Assembly (NCBI GenBank): GCA_902478725.1
Contig: CABSMD010000001.1
Location: 1-48,922, forward strand
Direction of reading: 5' to 3'
DNA from: an uncultured Clostridia bacterium
Lineage (GTDB): Bacteria > Bacillota > Clostridia > HGM11514
Length of the DNA: 48,922 nt
In this document: piece by piece, positions 1 to 9,952 of the stretch
Position numbering within the stretch: the first letter of the stretch is position 1
Layout: each line of letters begins with the position of its first letter
The notes under the pieces: generated by a model
What the model was told of the DNA's origin: nothing
What the model saw: only the letters and a program-made list of their open reading frames with translations
The model's database searches: none
Made by a program: the position numbers and the translations under genes

Positions 1-39
1 TAGCAACAGGATACGGCAAAGCCTCTTTCTTACAAACAT
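1..39 (-). CDS. 5' end of an unidentified gene that runs off the window (MFVRKRLCRILLL...)
   Basis: ATG at 39-37 on the minus strand, with GAGGGGGA about 7 nt upstream and a good promoter further upstream. Only 13 codons are visible. Confidence 0.25.
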   Translation of the reverse strand, partial: MFVRKRLCRILLL

Positions 40-114
40 TTTTAAATCCCCCTCTTTTTTGTATTTTTATTATTTTTTAACCATTTATACTTATTTTTTA
101 CAAATATCAGTTTA

Positions 115-143
115 ATTGTATGATATATTCATAATTTTGTCAA
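115..143 (-). promoter_or_regulatory. Sigma-A type promoter (TTGACA, 17 nt spacer, TACAAT) for the off-window minus-strand gene
   Basis: The reverse complement of 138-143 is TTGACA and of 115-120 is TACAAT, with a 17-nt spacer. The setting is AT-rich. Confidence 0.45.
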
Positions 144-173
144 TGTTTTATGTGCAATTTTGTCACAAAAGGT

Positions 174-210
174 AAAAAAACACCCCTGTCGTGAAAGTTC
201 ACGACAGGGG
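174..210 (-). terminator. Rho-independent terminator of the isomerase-like gene
   Basis: Inverted repeat CCCCTGTCGTGA/TCACGACAGGGG at 183-210. On the minus strand it is followed by a 7-U run (174-180), directly after the stop at 227. Confidence 0.7.
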
Positions 211-226
211 CGTTTGGTTGAAACAG

Positions 227-1687
227 TTAAAACGGATTCTCGCCTGGATAGGGATGCTTTTGGTTATAGGCGATGTCTGTTACGCCAAGCAGCTTCACCG
301 CCTCAAACAGCACCCGGCCCGCATGGGCAAAGGCCACTCCCGCATGGTGCGGATAGTGCTTGGCAATCAAAACGTGACGGTAGAACCGCGCCATCTGGTC
401 GATGGCGAACACGCCGATGGAACCAAAGGACTGCGGATCGACGTCGAGCACCTCGCCCTGTGCCACATAGCTGTGCAAGGTCGCGTCCGCCGACGATTGA
501 AGCCGGAACAGGGTAATATCCCCGCTTCGGATCGTACCCTCCAGCGTGCCGCGGGTAATGTCCGGCTCGCCGCCATCCTCTAAGCCACGGTTCATGATTA
601 GCTGGTACTTCATCGAAGCATTTTTGAGCAGGCAGCTTGCAGTATTGCCACAATGGAAGCCCATGAACAGGTCGTCCAGCCGATATTGCCCAAACGCCGT
701 CCGGTTTGCCTCATACAGGTCACGCGGCACCGAGTTGTTGATATCAAGCAGAGTAGCGGGTTGCCTGGTGGCGCAGGTAATCATATATTCGCTCAGCGCG
801 CCATAAATATCGGTCTCACACGCCACCGGGATGCCGCGCGCGGCCAGGCGGCTGTTGACATAGCAGGGCACAAACCCAAACTGGGTCTGGAACGCCGGCC
901 AGCATTTATTCGCAAACACGGCATACTTTGCCGCACCCTTCTTTTCCTCATACCAGTCGAGCAGGGTCAGCTCATACTGCGCTAATTTTGGCAAAATACC
1001 CGGATAGGCGTTGCCGCCGCCCAGCTCCTCCTCCATCTCTTTGACCAGCGCGCCGATCCGGCTGTCGTCCGCATGGTTATGGAACGCTTCAAACAGGTCC
1101 AGCTCGGAATTTTCCATGATCTCCACGCCCAGATCGAAAAGCGGCTTGATCGGCGCGTTACAGGCAATGAAATCCTGCGGGCGCGGCCCAAAGCCGAATA
1201 TTTTCAGGTTTTTCACCCCAATATACACGCGGGCGATATCCGCAAAATCCGCGATCATCTCCGCAATCTCCTCCGCCGTGCCGACGGGATACTCTGGTAT
1301 GTAAGGCGTCAGGCCGCGCAGGCCGATGCTGTAGGAGGCGTTTAACATGCCGCAAAACGCGTCCCCCCGTCCGCCGATCAAGTTGTCTGCGGATTCCTCT
1401 GCCGCCGCGACAAACATGCATGGGCCGTCAAAGCGCTGTGCCAGCATGGTCTCAGGCCCCTCCGGCCCGAAATTGCCCAAATAGACGACCAGGGCATTCA
1501 CGCCCGCATCCCGCAGCTCCTCCAGCGCGCGCATAGCGTCGGTTTCATTCTCCACCACCGTTTTTGCCTCAAACAATCCCTCGCAGCAGGCCGCGACCGC
1601 CTTACGCCGCGATTCGCTCAGGGTAACGGGAAAACAGTCGCGGCTGACGGCGACGATCCCCAGCTTGACCTGTGGAATATTCTTCAT
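227..1687 (-). CDS. L-fucose/L-arabinose isomerase family protein
   Basis: 486-aa ORF with an AAGGGGG RBS. Its length and motifs (GNFGPE, CWPAF, ACETD, LLDINNS, FHCGNT) match my recollection of the FucI/AraA-like sugar isomerase family. It diverges from a GH95 gene. Confidence 0.75.
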   Translation of the reverse strand: MKNIPQVKLGIVAVSRDCFPVTLSESRRKAVAACCEGLFEAKTVVENETDAMRALEELRDAGVNALVVYLGNFGPEGPETMLAQRFDGPCMFVAAAEESADNLIGGRGDAFCGMLNASYSIGLRGLTPYIPEYPVGTAEEIAEMIADFADIARVYIGVKNLKIFGFGPRPQDFIACNAPIKPLFDLGVEIMENSELDLFEAFHNHADDSRIGALVKEMEEELGGGNAYPGILPKLAQYELTLLDWYEEKKGAAKYAVFANKCWPAFQTQFGFVPCYVNSRLAARGIPVACETDIYGALSEYMITCATRQPATLLDINNSVPRDLYEANRTAFGQYRLDDLFMGFHCGNTASCLLKNASMKYQLIMNRGLEDGGEPDITRGTLEGTIRSGDITLFRLQSSADATLHSYVAQGEVLDVDPQSFGSIGVFAIDQMARFYRHVLIAKHYPHHAGVAFAHAGRVLFEAVKLLGVTDIAYNQKHPYPGENPF

Positions 1688-1860
1688 TTATTTGACCCCC
1701 TTCGTTTTATCTTTGCTTGTATCGTACCACTTCTGTTCAAATTATGCAAGAAAAAAAGTGGCTGGCCGGTTAATTTTATCATGTAAACCTATTGCAAAAT
1801 AGGCTTCCAGACGGTAAGATAATGGAAGGATTTTTATTTTAACCGAAAGGCCGTGTTGCT

Positions 1861-4266
1861 ATGAAGGTTTGGTATCGGCAGGAGGCAAGGGTACACGAGG
1901 AGGCGTTCCCGATCGGGAACGGGAGCTTAGGGGGCATGGTGTTCGGCGGCGTGGAGCAGGAACGGATCTCTTTAAACGAGGACACGCTCTGGTCCGGCCC
2001 GGGCAAACCCGTCGGCAATAGCGGGGCGGCGGCTTACCTCCCGCGGGTGCGGGAGCTTGTAAGGGACGGGCAGTATTACAATGCCCAGACGCTGCTTGAG
2101 GCAAGGTGCCTCGGCAAGGACGCGGGTGCGTTTTTGCCGCTGGGCGACCTCGTTTTGGAGAGGAACGGGCAGGGAACCAGCAACAGTTACCGCCGCACAC
2201 TCGATCTGGATACCGCGACCGTCTCTGTGGAGTATGGGCAGGGCGGCGGAAAGTACCGGCGGGAAATGTTTGCAAGCTTTCCCGACCGTGTGATCGCGGT
2301 ACGGTTGACGGGGGAGGAGTTAGCCTTCTCCCTCCGGCTGGAAAGCGTGCTGCGGCACACTCTTACCTGGCGGGACGGAGTTCTGCTGCTGGAGGGCCGT
2401 GCGCCGGACTTTGTTTTGAGCCATTCCCGTCTGGAGGAGGAGCAAAGCCATATCTATTTTGACCCGCCGCAGGGGCTTACCTTCTGCGCAGCGGTTTTGG
2501 CTGAGACCGACGGGCGGGTCGACTGGGACGCCGGATATGTCCCGGTAAACAGGCCGGGTAGGGCAGGGAAGGACAACGCTGTGACCGGCGGCTATGCTGC
2601 AAACAGCGGACTCACCATCGATGGGACAGGGGAAGTTACCTTGTATATCGCTTGCGCGACCTCGTTTTACGGCGATGACCCGGCTGAGAATTGCCTGAAA
2701 ACAGTACGAAGGGCGGCCGCAAAGGGGTATGAAGCGGTCAAACAGGCACATATCGCGGATTTTCAGGAATTGCTGTCACGGTCTGCACTGGATTTGGGCG
2801 CGGAACCTGACCTGCCCACCGACGAACGGCTGGAGGCCCTCAAAAACGGGGCGGACGATCCCGCCCTCTACGCGCTGTATTACCAGTTCGGGCGCTACCT
2901 GCTGGCTTCCTGCTCCCGCGAGGGGACGCGCGCGGCAAACCTGCAGGGTATTTGGAACTGGAAGCCCAAGCCGCCGTGGAACTCCAATTACACCACCAAC
3001 ATCAACACTGAGATGAACTATTGGCCGGCCGACGTGGCGAACCTGTCCGACTGCTTCTCCCCGCTTGCCGACCTGCTGGGCGGGCTGGTGGAACCGGGGC
3101 GCAAGACGGCGCGGGAGTATTACGGCTGCAACGGGTTCGTGGTACACCACAACGTCGACCTGTGGGGCAAGACCGACCCGGCCGACGGGCAGGCGCGCTG
3201 GGCGGTATGGCCGATGGCGGCGGTGTGGATTTGCAGCAACCTTTATGACCACTACCGCTTTACGATGGACAAAGATTATCTGCGGGATACCGCATACCCC
3301 CTCATGCGGGAGGCGGCGGTATTTATCCTCGATTTTCTGACGGAAGAACCGGACGGATATCTGGCGACAAACCCATCCACCTCGCCTGAAAACGCCTTTT
3401 TTGACCAGGAAGGGAACACCTGCTTTGTGACAAGCGGCAGCGCAATGGACATGAGCCTTATCCGCGACCTGTTTATTAACTGCATGGAAGCGTGTGAGAT
3501 TCTGGATTCCGACAGGGAATTTGCCGTGCGTGTCGCAGACGCTTACAAACGCCTGCGCCCCTTTCAAACGGGAAGCTATGGGCAGCTATTGGAATGGAAC
3601 GGGGAACTCCCTGAAGCCGAACCGGGCCACCGGCACATCAGCCCGTTGTTTGGCATCTATCCCTCCGACGTGCTGTTCCGTGAGGGACCCGAATGGGTGG
3701 AGGCCGGGCGGAAGCTGCTTGATCACCGTTTGAAAAACGGCGGCGGACACACCGGCTGGAGCTGCGCCTGGATTATCAACGTGTTTGCAAGGCTATGCGA
3801 CGGAGAAAACGCCTGCCGCTTTTTAAAGACCCTGCTGACCCGCTCCACCTATCCCAACCTGTTCGACGCGCACCCGCCGTTTCAGATCGACGGCAACTTC
3901 GGCGGGGTGTCGGGCATCGCGGAGATGCTTCTGCACAGCCACAGGCGGACAGAAGGCGAGCAAGGCGGGACGCTGATCGACATTCTTCCCGCGCGGCCTT
4001 TGGGCTGGAAGCAGGGCAGGGTCACTGGGCTGCGCGCGCGCGGCGGATACACGGTGGACATTGCATGGGGCGGCCCATGCATCGGGGAGGACACGGACGG
4101 ACGGCAGGCCGTACCCGCTGCGGGCAAGGCAGAAAACATAGAAGGCCGTGTGCAGGTCAGGGTGCTCCCGTCGCTCGACGGGCCGTTTACGGTGTCCTGC
4201 GGTGGTGTGTCCGTCCCTGTCACAGGCCGGGCAGGGCAGGCGGTTGCGCTTTCCTTTGGCGATTGA
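1861..4266 (+). CDS. Glycoside hydrolase family 95 (alpha-L-fucosidase type)
   Basis: 801-aa ORF. The N-terminus ([16 protein letters not shown]...[13 protein letters not shown]) and later NYWPA, SPEN and DGNFG motifs are typical of GH95. Confidence 0.85.
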   Translation: MKVWYRQEARVHEEAFPIGNGSLGGMVFGGVEQERISLNEDTLWSGPGKPVGNSGAAAYLPRVRELVRDGQYYNAQTLLEARCLGKDAGAFLPLGDLVLERNGQGTSNSYRRTLDLDTATVSVEYGQGGGKYRREMFASFPDRVIAVRLTGEELAFSLRLESVLRHTLTWRDGVLLLEGRAPDFVLSHSRLEEEQSHIYFDPPQGLTFCAAVLAETDGRVDWDAGYVPVNRPGRAGKDNAVTGGYAANSGLTIDGTGEVTLYIACATSFYGDDPAENCLKTVRRAAAKGYEAVKQAHIADFQELLSRSALDLGAEPDLPTDERLEALKNGADDPALYALYYQFGRYLLASCSREGTRAANLQGIWNWKPKPPWNSNYTTNINTEMNYWPADVANLSDCFSPLADLLGGLVEPGRKTAREYYGCNGFVVHHNVDLWGKTDPADGQARWAVWPMAAVWICSNLYDHYRFTMDKDYLRDTAYPLMREAAVFILDFLTEEPDGYLATNPSTSPENAFFDQEGNTCFVTSGSAMDMSLIRDLFINCMEACEILDSDREFAVRVADAYKRLRPFQTGSYGQLLEWNGELPEAEPGHRHISPLFGIYPSDVLFREGPEWVEAGRKLLDHRLKNGGGHTGWSCAWIINVFARLCDGENACRFLKTLLTRSTYPNLFDAHPPFQIDGNFGGVSGIAEMLLHSHRRTEGEQGGTLIDILPARPLGWKQGRVTGLRARGGYTVDIAWGGPCIGEDTDGRQAVPAAGKAENIEGRVQVRVLPSLDGPFTVSCGGVSVPVTGRAGQAVALSFGD

Positions 4267-4325
4267 AAGCATATGAATAAAACGATAAAATAAGCCGCAA
4301 TTTGCGGCGGAAACGGAGTGATTGT

Positions 4326-5213
4326 ATGAAAAAAATTAATGTGGCGGTTGTCGGTTACGGCAACATTGGAAAATATGCGGTGGAGGCGGTGCAGGCCGCA
4401 CCGGACTTTACCCTCGCGGGGATTGTGCGGCGGACTGCCGGCGATCCGATCAACGGGATTCCCATGGTTACGGATATCAAAGAGCTGGGGAAGGTCGACG
4501 TTGCCATCCTCTGCGCCCCGACCCGCCAAACCGAACAATATGCGCAGGAGTATCTTGCCATGGGGATTCACACGGTGGACAGCTTTGATATCCATGGCCA
4601 GATTTGGGACCTGAAATGCCGCCTGGACAAGACCGGCAAACAAAACGGGACGGTTTCGGTCATCTCCGCCGGCTGGGATCCGGGCAGCGACTCGGTTGTA
4701 CGCACCCTGCTGTTGGCCATGGCGCCGAAAGGGATCACCTACACCAACTTCGGCCCCGGCATGAGCATGGGCCATTCCACCGCCGCCAAGTCGATCGACG
4801 GGGTGCGGGAAGCGCTTTCGATGACCATTCCAATGGGAACGGGCATCCACAAACGGATGCTCTACATCGAACTGGAGGAAGGCGCGGCGTTTGCCGATGT
4901 GGAAAAACGCATTCTCGCGGATGATTATTTCGCGCACGACGAGACCCATGTGATCGCCGTCGATTCGGTCGATGTTCTTAAAGATATGGGACATGGCGTG
5001 AACATCACCCGCAAGGGGGTATCCGGCACCACGCAAAACCAGATGTTTGAATATAACATGCGGATCAACAACCCCGCACTCACCGCCCAGATTCTGGTCG
5101 GGTGCGCCCGCGCCGCCATGAAGCAGCAACCGGGCTGCTACACTATGATTGAATTGCCTCCAATCGACCTGGTGTACGGCGAACGGGAGGATTTAATCAA
5201 AAAATTGGTTTGA
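4326..5213 (+). CDS. ddh: meso-diaminopimelate D-dehydrogenase
   Basis: I place the start at MKKINVAVVGYGNIGK (a Rossmann GxGxxG motif), inside ORF 4302..5213. Size of about 295 aa and WDPGSDS and GPGMSMGHS motifs fit Ddh. Confidence 0.8.
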   Translation: MKKINVAVVGYGNIGKYAVEAVQAAPDFTLAGIVRRTAGDPINGIPMVTDIKELGKVDVAILCAPTRQTEQYAQEYLAMGIHTVDSFDIHGQIWDLKCRLDKTGKQNGTVSVISAGWDPGSDSVVRTLLLAMAPKGITYTNFGPGMSMGHSTAAKSIDGVREALSMTIPMGTGIHKRMLYIELEEGAAFADVEKRILADDYFAHDETHVIAVDSVDVLKDMGHGVNITRKGVSGTTQNQMFEYNMRINNPALTAQILVGCARAAMKQQPGCYTMIELPPIDLVYGEREDLIKKLV

Positions 5214-5302
5214 TCCGGTTCTATCCGGCCGATTCACCGATATATATAGTATAGATACCGTTATAATTTGTGCGAAAATATCGTTATAGGAGGTTTGAAA
5301 CG

Positions 5303-5911
5303 ATGAAAACAAGAGCAGAACTGAAGATGGACGCAAAGCAACAGCTAAAAGGGAACTACGGATTGGCAATCGGGGTCCTGCTGACGATGGTGGCGATATC
5401 ATTGCTGGTATTCGTGCCCTTTATCGGCGGAATCCTGGTTTTCTTAGCCGCACCGTCACTGGCTCTGGGCGTCATTATGGTATACCAGAGGTTTGCACAC
5501 TACGAAAAGCCAAGCTATGAGGAGATGTTCCATGGCTTTCAGTATTTTGGAAAGGCACTGCTACTGTACATTCTGGTTTCGGTGTTTACCTTCCTGTGGA
5601 GCCTGCTGCTGGTCGTACCGGGCATTGTCAAGTCGTTCTCCTATTCGATGTCGTTCTACATCCTGGCGGAGCATCCGGAGATGACGGCTCTGGAGGCGCT
5701 CAACGAAAGCAAGCGGATCATGGATGGACACAAGCTGGATCTGTTCGTGCTAATGCTGTCCTTCCTCGGCTGGATGATTCTGTGCAGCCTGACCTTCGGC
5801 ATCCTGCTGCTGTATGTCGAACCATACATGTACGCGACCTATGTCAATTTCTATAACATGGTTAAGGAACAGCACACCATAAGCGGGCCGGAGATCGTAC
5901 AAGGTCAATAA
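5303..5911 (+). CDS. DUF975-like integral membrane protein
   Basis: Start at MKTRAELK, downstream of a GGAGG RBS. Several hydrophobic spans and an N-terminal AKQQLKGNYG motif recall DUF975. Confidence 0.6.
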   Translation: MKTRAELKMDAKQQLKGNYGLAIGVLLTMVAISLLVFVPFIGGILVFLAAPSLALGVIMVYQRFAHYEKPSYEEMFHGFQYFGKALLLYILVSVFTFLWSLLLVVPGIVKSFSYSMSFYILAEHPEMTALEALNESKRIMDGHKLDLFVLMLSFLGWMILCSLTFGILLLYVEPYMYATYVNFYNMVKEQHTISGPEIVQGQ

Positions 5912-5917
5912 CAGATT

Positions 5918-5950
5918 ACACGCCCCTGCATCTTGGATGCAGGGGCGTGT
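5918..5950. terminator. Hairpin terminator between the convergent DUF975 and pyk genes
   Basis: Perfect 15-bp inverted repeat ACACGCCCCTGCATC/GATGCAGGGGCGTGT with a 3-nt loop, followed by a T-rich run on the plus strand. Confidence 0.7.
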
Positions 5951-6011
5951 ATTTTATAACGATTCATTTTAATTTTTCCTGTCAACATGGCGGTATACCT
6001 TAAAAACTGTC

Positions 6012-7757
6012 CTACCGTTCGTTGCAGGAGACGATGCCGCGCGTCGCGTCGAGCGTCACGACCGCACCGGACTTTAACACCTTCGTCGCATTCTGGGCAC
6101 CCACAATAACCGGAATGTCCATCGCCAACCCCGCAACCGCCGCGTGGGAATTTAAACCGCCCGCCTCGGTTACGATGCCAGACGCTTTCTTTAGGATCGG
6201 GAAGATGGCGTTTGAGGTCTGGGGGATCACCAGGATATCGCCATCGTGAAATTCGGACAACGCCTCCTCCTCGGTCTTGCAGACGCATAGGCTGGCGCAG
6301 GCCGTCCGCTGAGTGATGCCGGAACCGGACACCAGAATATGCCCCGCCACATGCACCTTCATCAGATTGGTGGTGCCGGAGATGCCAAGCGGAATGCCCG
6401 CTGTAATCACCACCAGGTCACCCTGGGAGACGATCCCCGTTTTTTCCGCCGACTCGACGGCATGCTCAAACAGCGCATCGGTATCATCCATCTCCTGTAT
6501 CAAAAGCGGCGTGACGCCCCATGACAGGTTCAACTGCCGGTAAACATGCTCAAAGGTAGTACAGCCGATGATCGGACAGAGGGGACGGTATTTGGAAATC
6601 ATCTTGGCGGTGCGCCCGGACTTGGTCACCGTTACGATCGCCGAGGCCGCCAGGTCGTGGGCGGTGGTGCAGGTCGCGTGCGAAATCGCGTTGGTTACGT
6701 CGTGCGCGTTGTCAATCTCACGCAGCTTGAAGCGTTTAATATAGTCAATATCGTGCTCCGCGCTCACCGCGATCCGCGCCATCGTCCGCACCGCCTCGAC
6801 CGGGTACAAGCCCGCCGCCGTCTCGCCGGAGAGCATGATCGCGCTGGTGCCGTCGTAAATGGCATTGGCCACGTCGGTTGCCTCCGCGCGGGTAGGACGC
6901 GGGTTTTTCATCATGGAATCGAGCATCTGGGTCGCGGTAATCACCTGCTTGCCGCCGTTATACGCCTTTTTGATAATCATTTTTTGCAGCACCGGTACAT
7001 CCTCTAGTGGAATTTCCACCCCCATATCGCCACGCGCCACCATCACACCGTCGGACACGCGCAGGATCTCGTCGATGTTCTCCACACCGTCCATATTCTC
7101 GATTTTGGCGATGATGTTGATGGTATGGCAGTCGTATTCCTCCAATAACTTGCGGATCTGCAAAATATCGTCCGCACAGCGGGTAAACGACGCGGCAATA
7201 AAATCATAACCGTTTTTGATGCCGAAGATGATATCCTCCTTATCCTTCGGGCTGATAAACGGCATAGACAGGCGGGTGCCGGGCACATTGATCCCCTTTT
7301 TGTCCGAGATGACGCCGTTGTTTAACACCTTGCAGACGATATCATCCTGATCGAAGCTGAGCACTGTCAGTCCGATCAGACCGTCGTCCAGCAGAATGGT
7401 CGTACCGGTCTTGATATCGTCCACCAGCCCCGGATAAGAGATGGACGCCATGGTAGTATCACCTTCCACCGCACGGGTGGTGAGGGTAAAAATCTCATCC
7501 TTTTTCAGTTCCGCCCGTCCGCCTTTAAAATTGCCCAGCCGGATTTCAGGGCCTTTTGTATCCAGCAACGCACCGATGGGCAGGTTCAGCCGTTTGCGCA
7601 CCGCCTTTAACATGGTCAGCCGCTTTTTATGCTCCTCATGGCTCCCGTGGGACAGGTTGAACCGCGCCACGTTCATCCCCGCCAGGATCAGCTCCTGCAT
7701 GGTCTGTTCCGTGTCGGTCGCGGGCCCCAGGGTACAGATGATCTTTGTTTTTCTCAT
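6012..7757 (-). CDS. pyk: Pyruvate kinase with a C-terminal PEP-utiliser mobile domain
   Basis: 581 aa. The N-terminus MRKTKIICTLGP, the MVARGDMGVE motif and an extra C-terminal domain of about 100 aa resemble Bacillus-type Pyk. Confidence 0.95.
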   Translation of the reverse strand: MRKTKIICTLGPATDTEQTMQELILAGMNVARFNLSHGSHEEHKKRLTMLKAVRKRLNLPIGALLDTKGPEIRLGNFKGGRAELKKDEIFTLTTRAVEGDTTMASISYPGLVDDIKTGTTILLDDGLIGLTVLSFDQDDIVCKVLNNGVISDKKGINVPGTRLSMPFISPKDKEDIIFGIKNGYDFIAASFTRCADDILQIRKLLEEYDCHTINIIAKIENMDGVENIDEILRVSDGVMVARGDMGVEIPLEDVPVLQKMIIKKAYNGGKQVITATQMLDSMMKNPRPTRAEATDVANAIYDGTSAIMLSGETAAGLYPVEAVRTMARIAVSAEHDIDYIKRFKLREIDNAHDVTNAISHATCTTAHDLAASAIVTVTKSGRTAKMISKYRPLCPIIGCTTFEHVYRQLNLSWGVTPLLIQEMDDTDALFEHAVESAEKTGIVSQGDLVVITAGIPLGISGTTNLMKVHVAGHILVSGSGITQRTACASLCVCKTEEEALSEFHDGDILVIPQTSNAIFPILKKASGIVTEAGGLNSHAAVAGLAMDIPVIVGAQNATKVLKSGAVVTLDATRGIVSCNER

Positions 7758-7833
7758 ACTCTTCCTCCTAATCTTACTCCTTGTATCATATCACGGATGA
7801 GGAACGTGCGCAACGGTTTTTGTGTAAAATTTA

Positions 7834-7858
7834 GCCGGGGAAGGATTTCTTCCCCGGC
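7834..7858 (-). terminator. Probable terminator after the Fe-S paralog pair
   Basis: GCCGGGGAAG/CTTCCCCGGC stem with a 5-nt loop, 5 nt after the stop at 7863. The minus-strand tail is moderately U-rich. Confidence 0.5.
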
Positions 7859-7862
7859 ACGT

Positions 7863-8975
7863 TTAAATCTTCTGTTGTTCGCCCGCGCGGAGGCCCGGAT
7901 ACCGTTCGTCCAGATACGCCTCGCGGTATGGATTGACCGCCCCGGTCTGCTTTTCCTTTCGATAGGAAATTTTCCAGGACGGCTTTTTATAAAATTTGTT
8001 TTTGAAGGTATTTTCGATCCGGCCGGTTTTTTCCAGCTGGTCCATGCAGGCCCGGATACAGCCTTTGGCCCCGCATACGGCAAAGTAACCGGTATGGCTT
8101 TTGACATAGTGATAATACTTCAGGATAGAGCTGTCGCCCTGGTCATAGACGGTGTTCGTCCACTGGGCGCCGGCTAAGGGATAGCAGATGCGGTATGCCT
8201 CCTCCTCGGTGATCTCGGTGTTGGCAACGTCCAGCTCCAGGTTGGGCATATCCTTTTTGAGGAAAGGGGAGGCGACGTTGTTCATGCCATGGTGGGTAAG
8301 GGTACACTTGCCCATGTGCACATTGCCCCAGCTGATGGCCTGCCCGCCGATATTGACGCTGATCTTCTCCCCGTTCACCGGCGGCACCGCGCCGCCCGGG
8401 CATTCCCGCACACAGCGTCCGCAGCGGGTGCAGATGCTGCCCGGCTCCACAATCGGATCGGGTTCCAGTACAGCGTCGGTCAGGATACAGCCCAGCCGAA
8501 CCCGCGGGCCGAAGCGTTTGTTCAAAAACACCTTGGCATGGCCCATTTCGCCCAAGCCCGCCCCCACACCGAGCAGACGGATGTTACAGATGATATCGCC
8601 CGGCAGCTTACCCGGTGCAACCGGCTCACGGGTAGGCGAGCGCTCCGGCACGGCCGGATAGTGGGGAACCGCTTCATAACCGTGATCCTCGATAAAGCAG
8701 GAGAGCGCGTAGGACAGGCGCGGGCGGAACTGGCTGTTTAAGCGGTTATAGGAATAAAAGGTATAGTTATGCCAATGGGTGCCCTCCTCAATCCCCCGGT
8801 AGCTCCCGCGCGGAATCCGCATCAACACCACTATAACGCTTTTCGCGCCCGGAAAGTAGTTGGCGGGATTCATCAGCGCGGGCGCTTCGGAGAACCGGCC
8901 GATGTCGGCGATCCCAACCGCGTCAATGCCCAGCTGCTCTGCTTTTTCTTTAATCATTTGGGACGTCAGTTTCAT
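7863..8975 (-). CDS. QueG/reductive-dehalogenase-superfamily-like 4Fe-4S protein (paralog 1, 370 aa)
   Basis: I place the start at MKLTSQMIKEKAEQLGIDAVGIADIGRF (ATG 8975, with a GGGGGTGGAG RBS). Contains CTRCGRCVRECP plus a second Cys cluster. The N-terminal region aligns by eye with the neighbouring paralog and with queG at 14513. Confidence 0.65.
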   Translation of the reverse strand: MKLTSQMIKEKAEQLGIDAVGIADIGRFSEAPALMNPANYFPGAKSVIVVLMRIPRGSYRGIEEGTHWHNYTFYSYNRLNSQFRPRLSYALSCFIEDHGYEAVPHYPAVPERSPTREPVAPGKLPGDIICNIRLLGVGAGLGEMGHAKVFLNKRFGPRVRLGCILTDAVLEPDPIVEPGSICTRCGRCVRECPGGAVPPVNGEKISVNIGGQAISWGNVHMGKCTLTHHGMNNVASPFLKKDMPNLELDVANTEITEEEAYRICYPLAGAQWTNTVYDQGDSSILKYYHYVKSHTGYFAVCGAKGCIRACMDQLEKTGRIENTFKNKFYKKPSWKISYRKEKQTGAVNPYREAYLDERYPGLRAGEQQKI

Positions 8976-8988
8976 TCGCTCCACCCCC

Positions 8989-9849
8989 TTACTGGACTTC
9001 CACGTTTTTGTTGTAGATATCCTTCGCCCAGGCCGGGGATTGGCGGAACGGGTTTTCAAACAGGTTGGACACCCGTTTCTCCTCCTCCAGATGGCACAGG
9101 CAGGTGCGGTTGCACAGCGCCGCGATCCGGTCGGGTTCAGCCTCTGGATGCAGGCGGTTTGGCTGCGCCCCGTTTTTACAGGATCGGCAGAGGTCATAAT
9201 CGATCGCCGCAACCTCCATCTGCTTACCGCAGACCTCAACCGTTTTGGTATGTATACTGTCAACCGCCCCCAGCGGACAGACAGCAGCGCACCGCCCGCA
9301 TTTGTCGCACACCGCTTTCTCCAAAAGCGGGTCAGGCTCGATTACGGCGTCGGTAATAATCATCTGAAACCGCTGGCGGGTACCGAACTGCGGGGTGAGT
9401 ATTTCACCGTTTAAGCCGATCTCGGCAAGGCCACATGCAACCGCCGCGTAAGCGAAATCAGGCGCGACGTTGGGGGCCGGCCGGCCCGGGTCCACCGGTA
9501 CACCCATACCATAGGTTTCTTTTGGGTTGGGGAAGACGGGTACTGCCTCGTAGCCCGCGTCCTCAATAAACCGCGTGACATCGTAACAGGACTGCGAGAT
9601 AAACTCGTCCTCCAGCCACGACCGGCCAAACAGCTGGTAATCATAAAAGCTGCTGCCTTCCTCCACGCCGCGCAATGTCCCGCGGGTAATCCGCCTGCCC
9701 AGCAGGATGACCGTGTTGGCCTCCGGAAAAATGCTCAAGGGGTTGTACCGTTCATCCTGCCCCTCAAACCGTTCGGCGGGGGCAAACCCGATCAGGTCGA
9801 TTCCATTCTCTCTGGCAAACGCCTGGATTTTTTGCTTGAAACTGTCCAT
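8989..9849 (-). CDS. QueG/reductive-dehalogenase-superfamily-like 4Fe-4S protein (paralog 2, 286 aa)
   Basis: N-terminus MDSFKQKIQAFARENGIDLIGFAPAERF, then CDKCGRCAAVCP plus CRSC...CNRTCLC. AAGGAG RBS. It lies 13 nt upstream of paralog 1. Confidence 0.65.
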   Translation of the reverse strand: MDSFKQKIQAFARENGIDLIGFAPAERFEGQDERYNPLSIFPEANTVILLGRRITRGTLRGVEEGSSFYDYQLFGRSWLEDEFISQSCYDVTRFIEDAGYEAVPVFPNPKETYGMGVPVDPGRPAPNVAPDFAYAAVACGLAEIGLNGEILTPQFGTRQRFQMIITDAVIEPDPLLEKAVCDKCGRCAAVCPLGAVDSIHTKTVEVCGKQMEVAAIDYDLCRSCKNGAQPNRLHPEAEPDRIAALCNRTCLCHLEEEKRVSNLFENPFRQSPAWAKDIYNKNVEVQ

Positions 9850-9892
9850 ACTACCGCTCCTTTTTTATTCACGGGATATTTCCCGATTTGAT

Positions 9893-9908
9893 ACTAAATC
9901 GTTTTAGT
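9893..9908. promoter_or_regulatory. LacI-family type operator palindrome (O1), ACTAAATCGTTTTAGT
   Basis: 16-bp near-palindrome centred on CG, 44-59 bp upstream of the Fe-S operon start codon. An identical 16-mer recurs at 10253-10268. Confidence 0.6.
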
Positions 9909-9952
9909 AATGGATAAAAAAATATAACGGTTCCTCCCGGCACGGTTGCGGC

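Noticed and set aside
159-176. TGTGCAATTTTGTCACA as a possible CRP/FNR-type site upstream of the off-window gene's promoter
   Set aside because: The half-sites do not match the TGTGA-N6-TCACA spacing or sequence on closer inspection, and the downstream gene is unknown.
3882-5129. 415-aa minus-strand ORF spanning the GH95 3' end and ddh
   Set aside because: It crosses an intergenic region and lies antisense to two well-supported genes. Its composition is typical of a shadow ORF.
8976-9263. N-terminal extension of track ORF 7863..9263, overlapping the upstream Fe-S gene
   Set aside because: The extension is out of frame relative to the well-supported paralog 2 CDS. The internal ATG at 8975 has a strong RBS and gives an N-terminus homologous to the paralog and to QueG.
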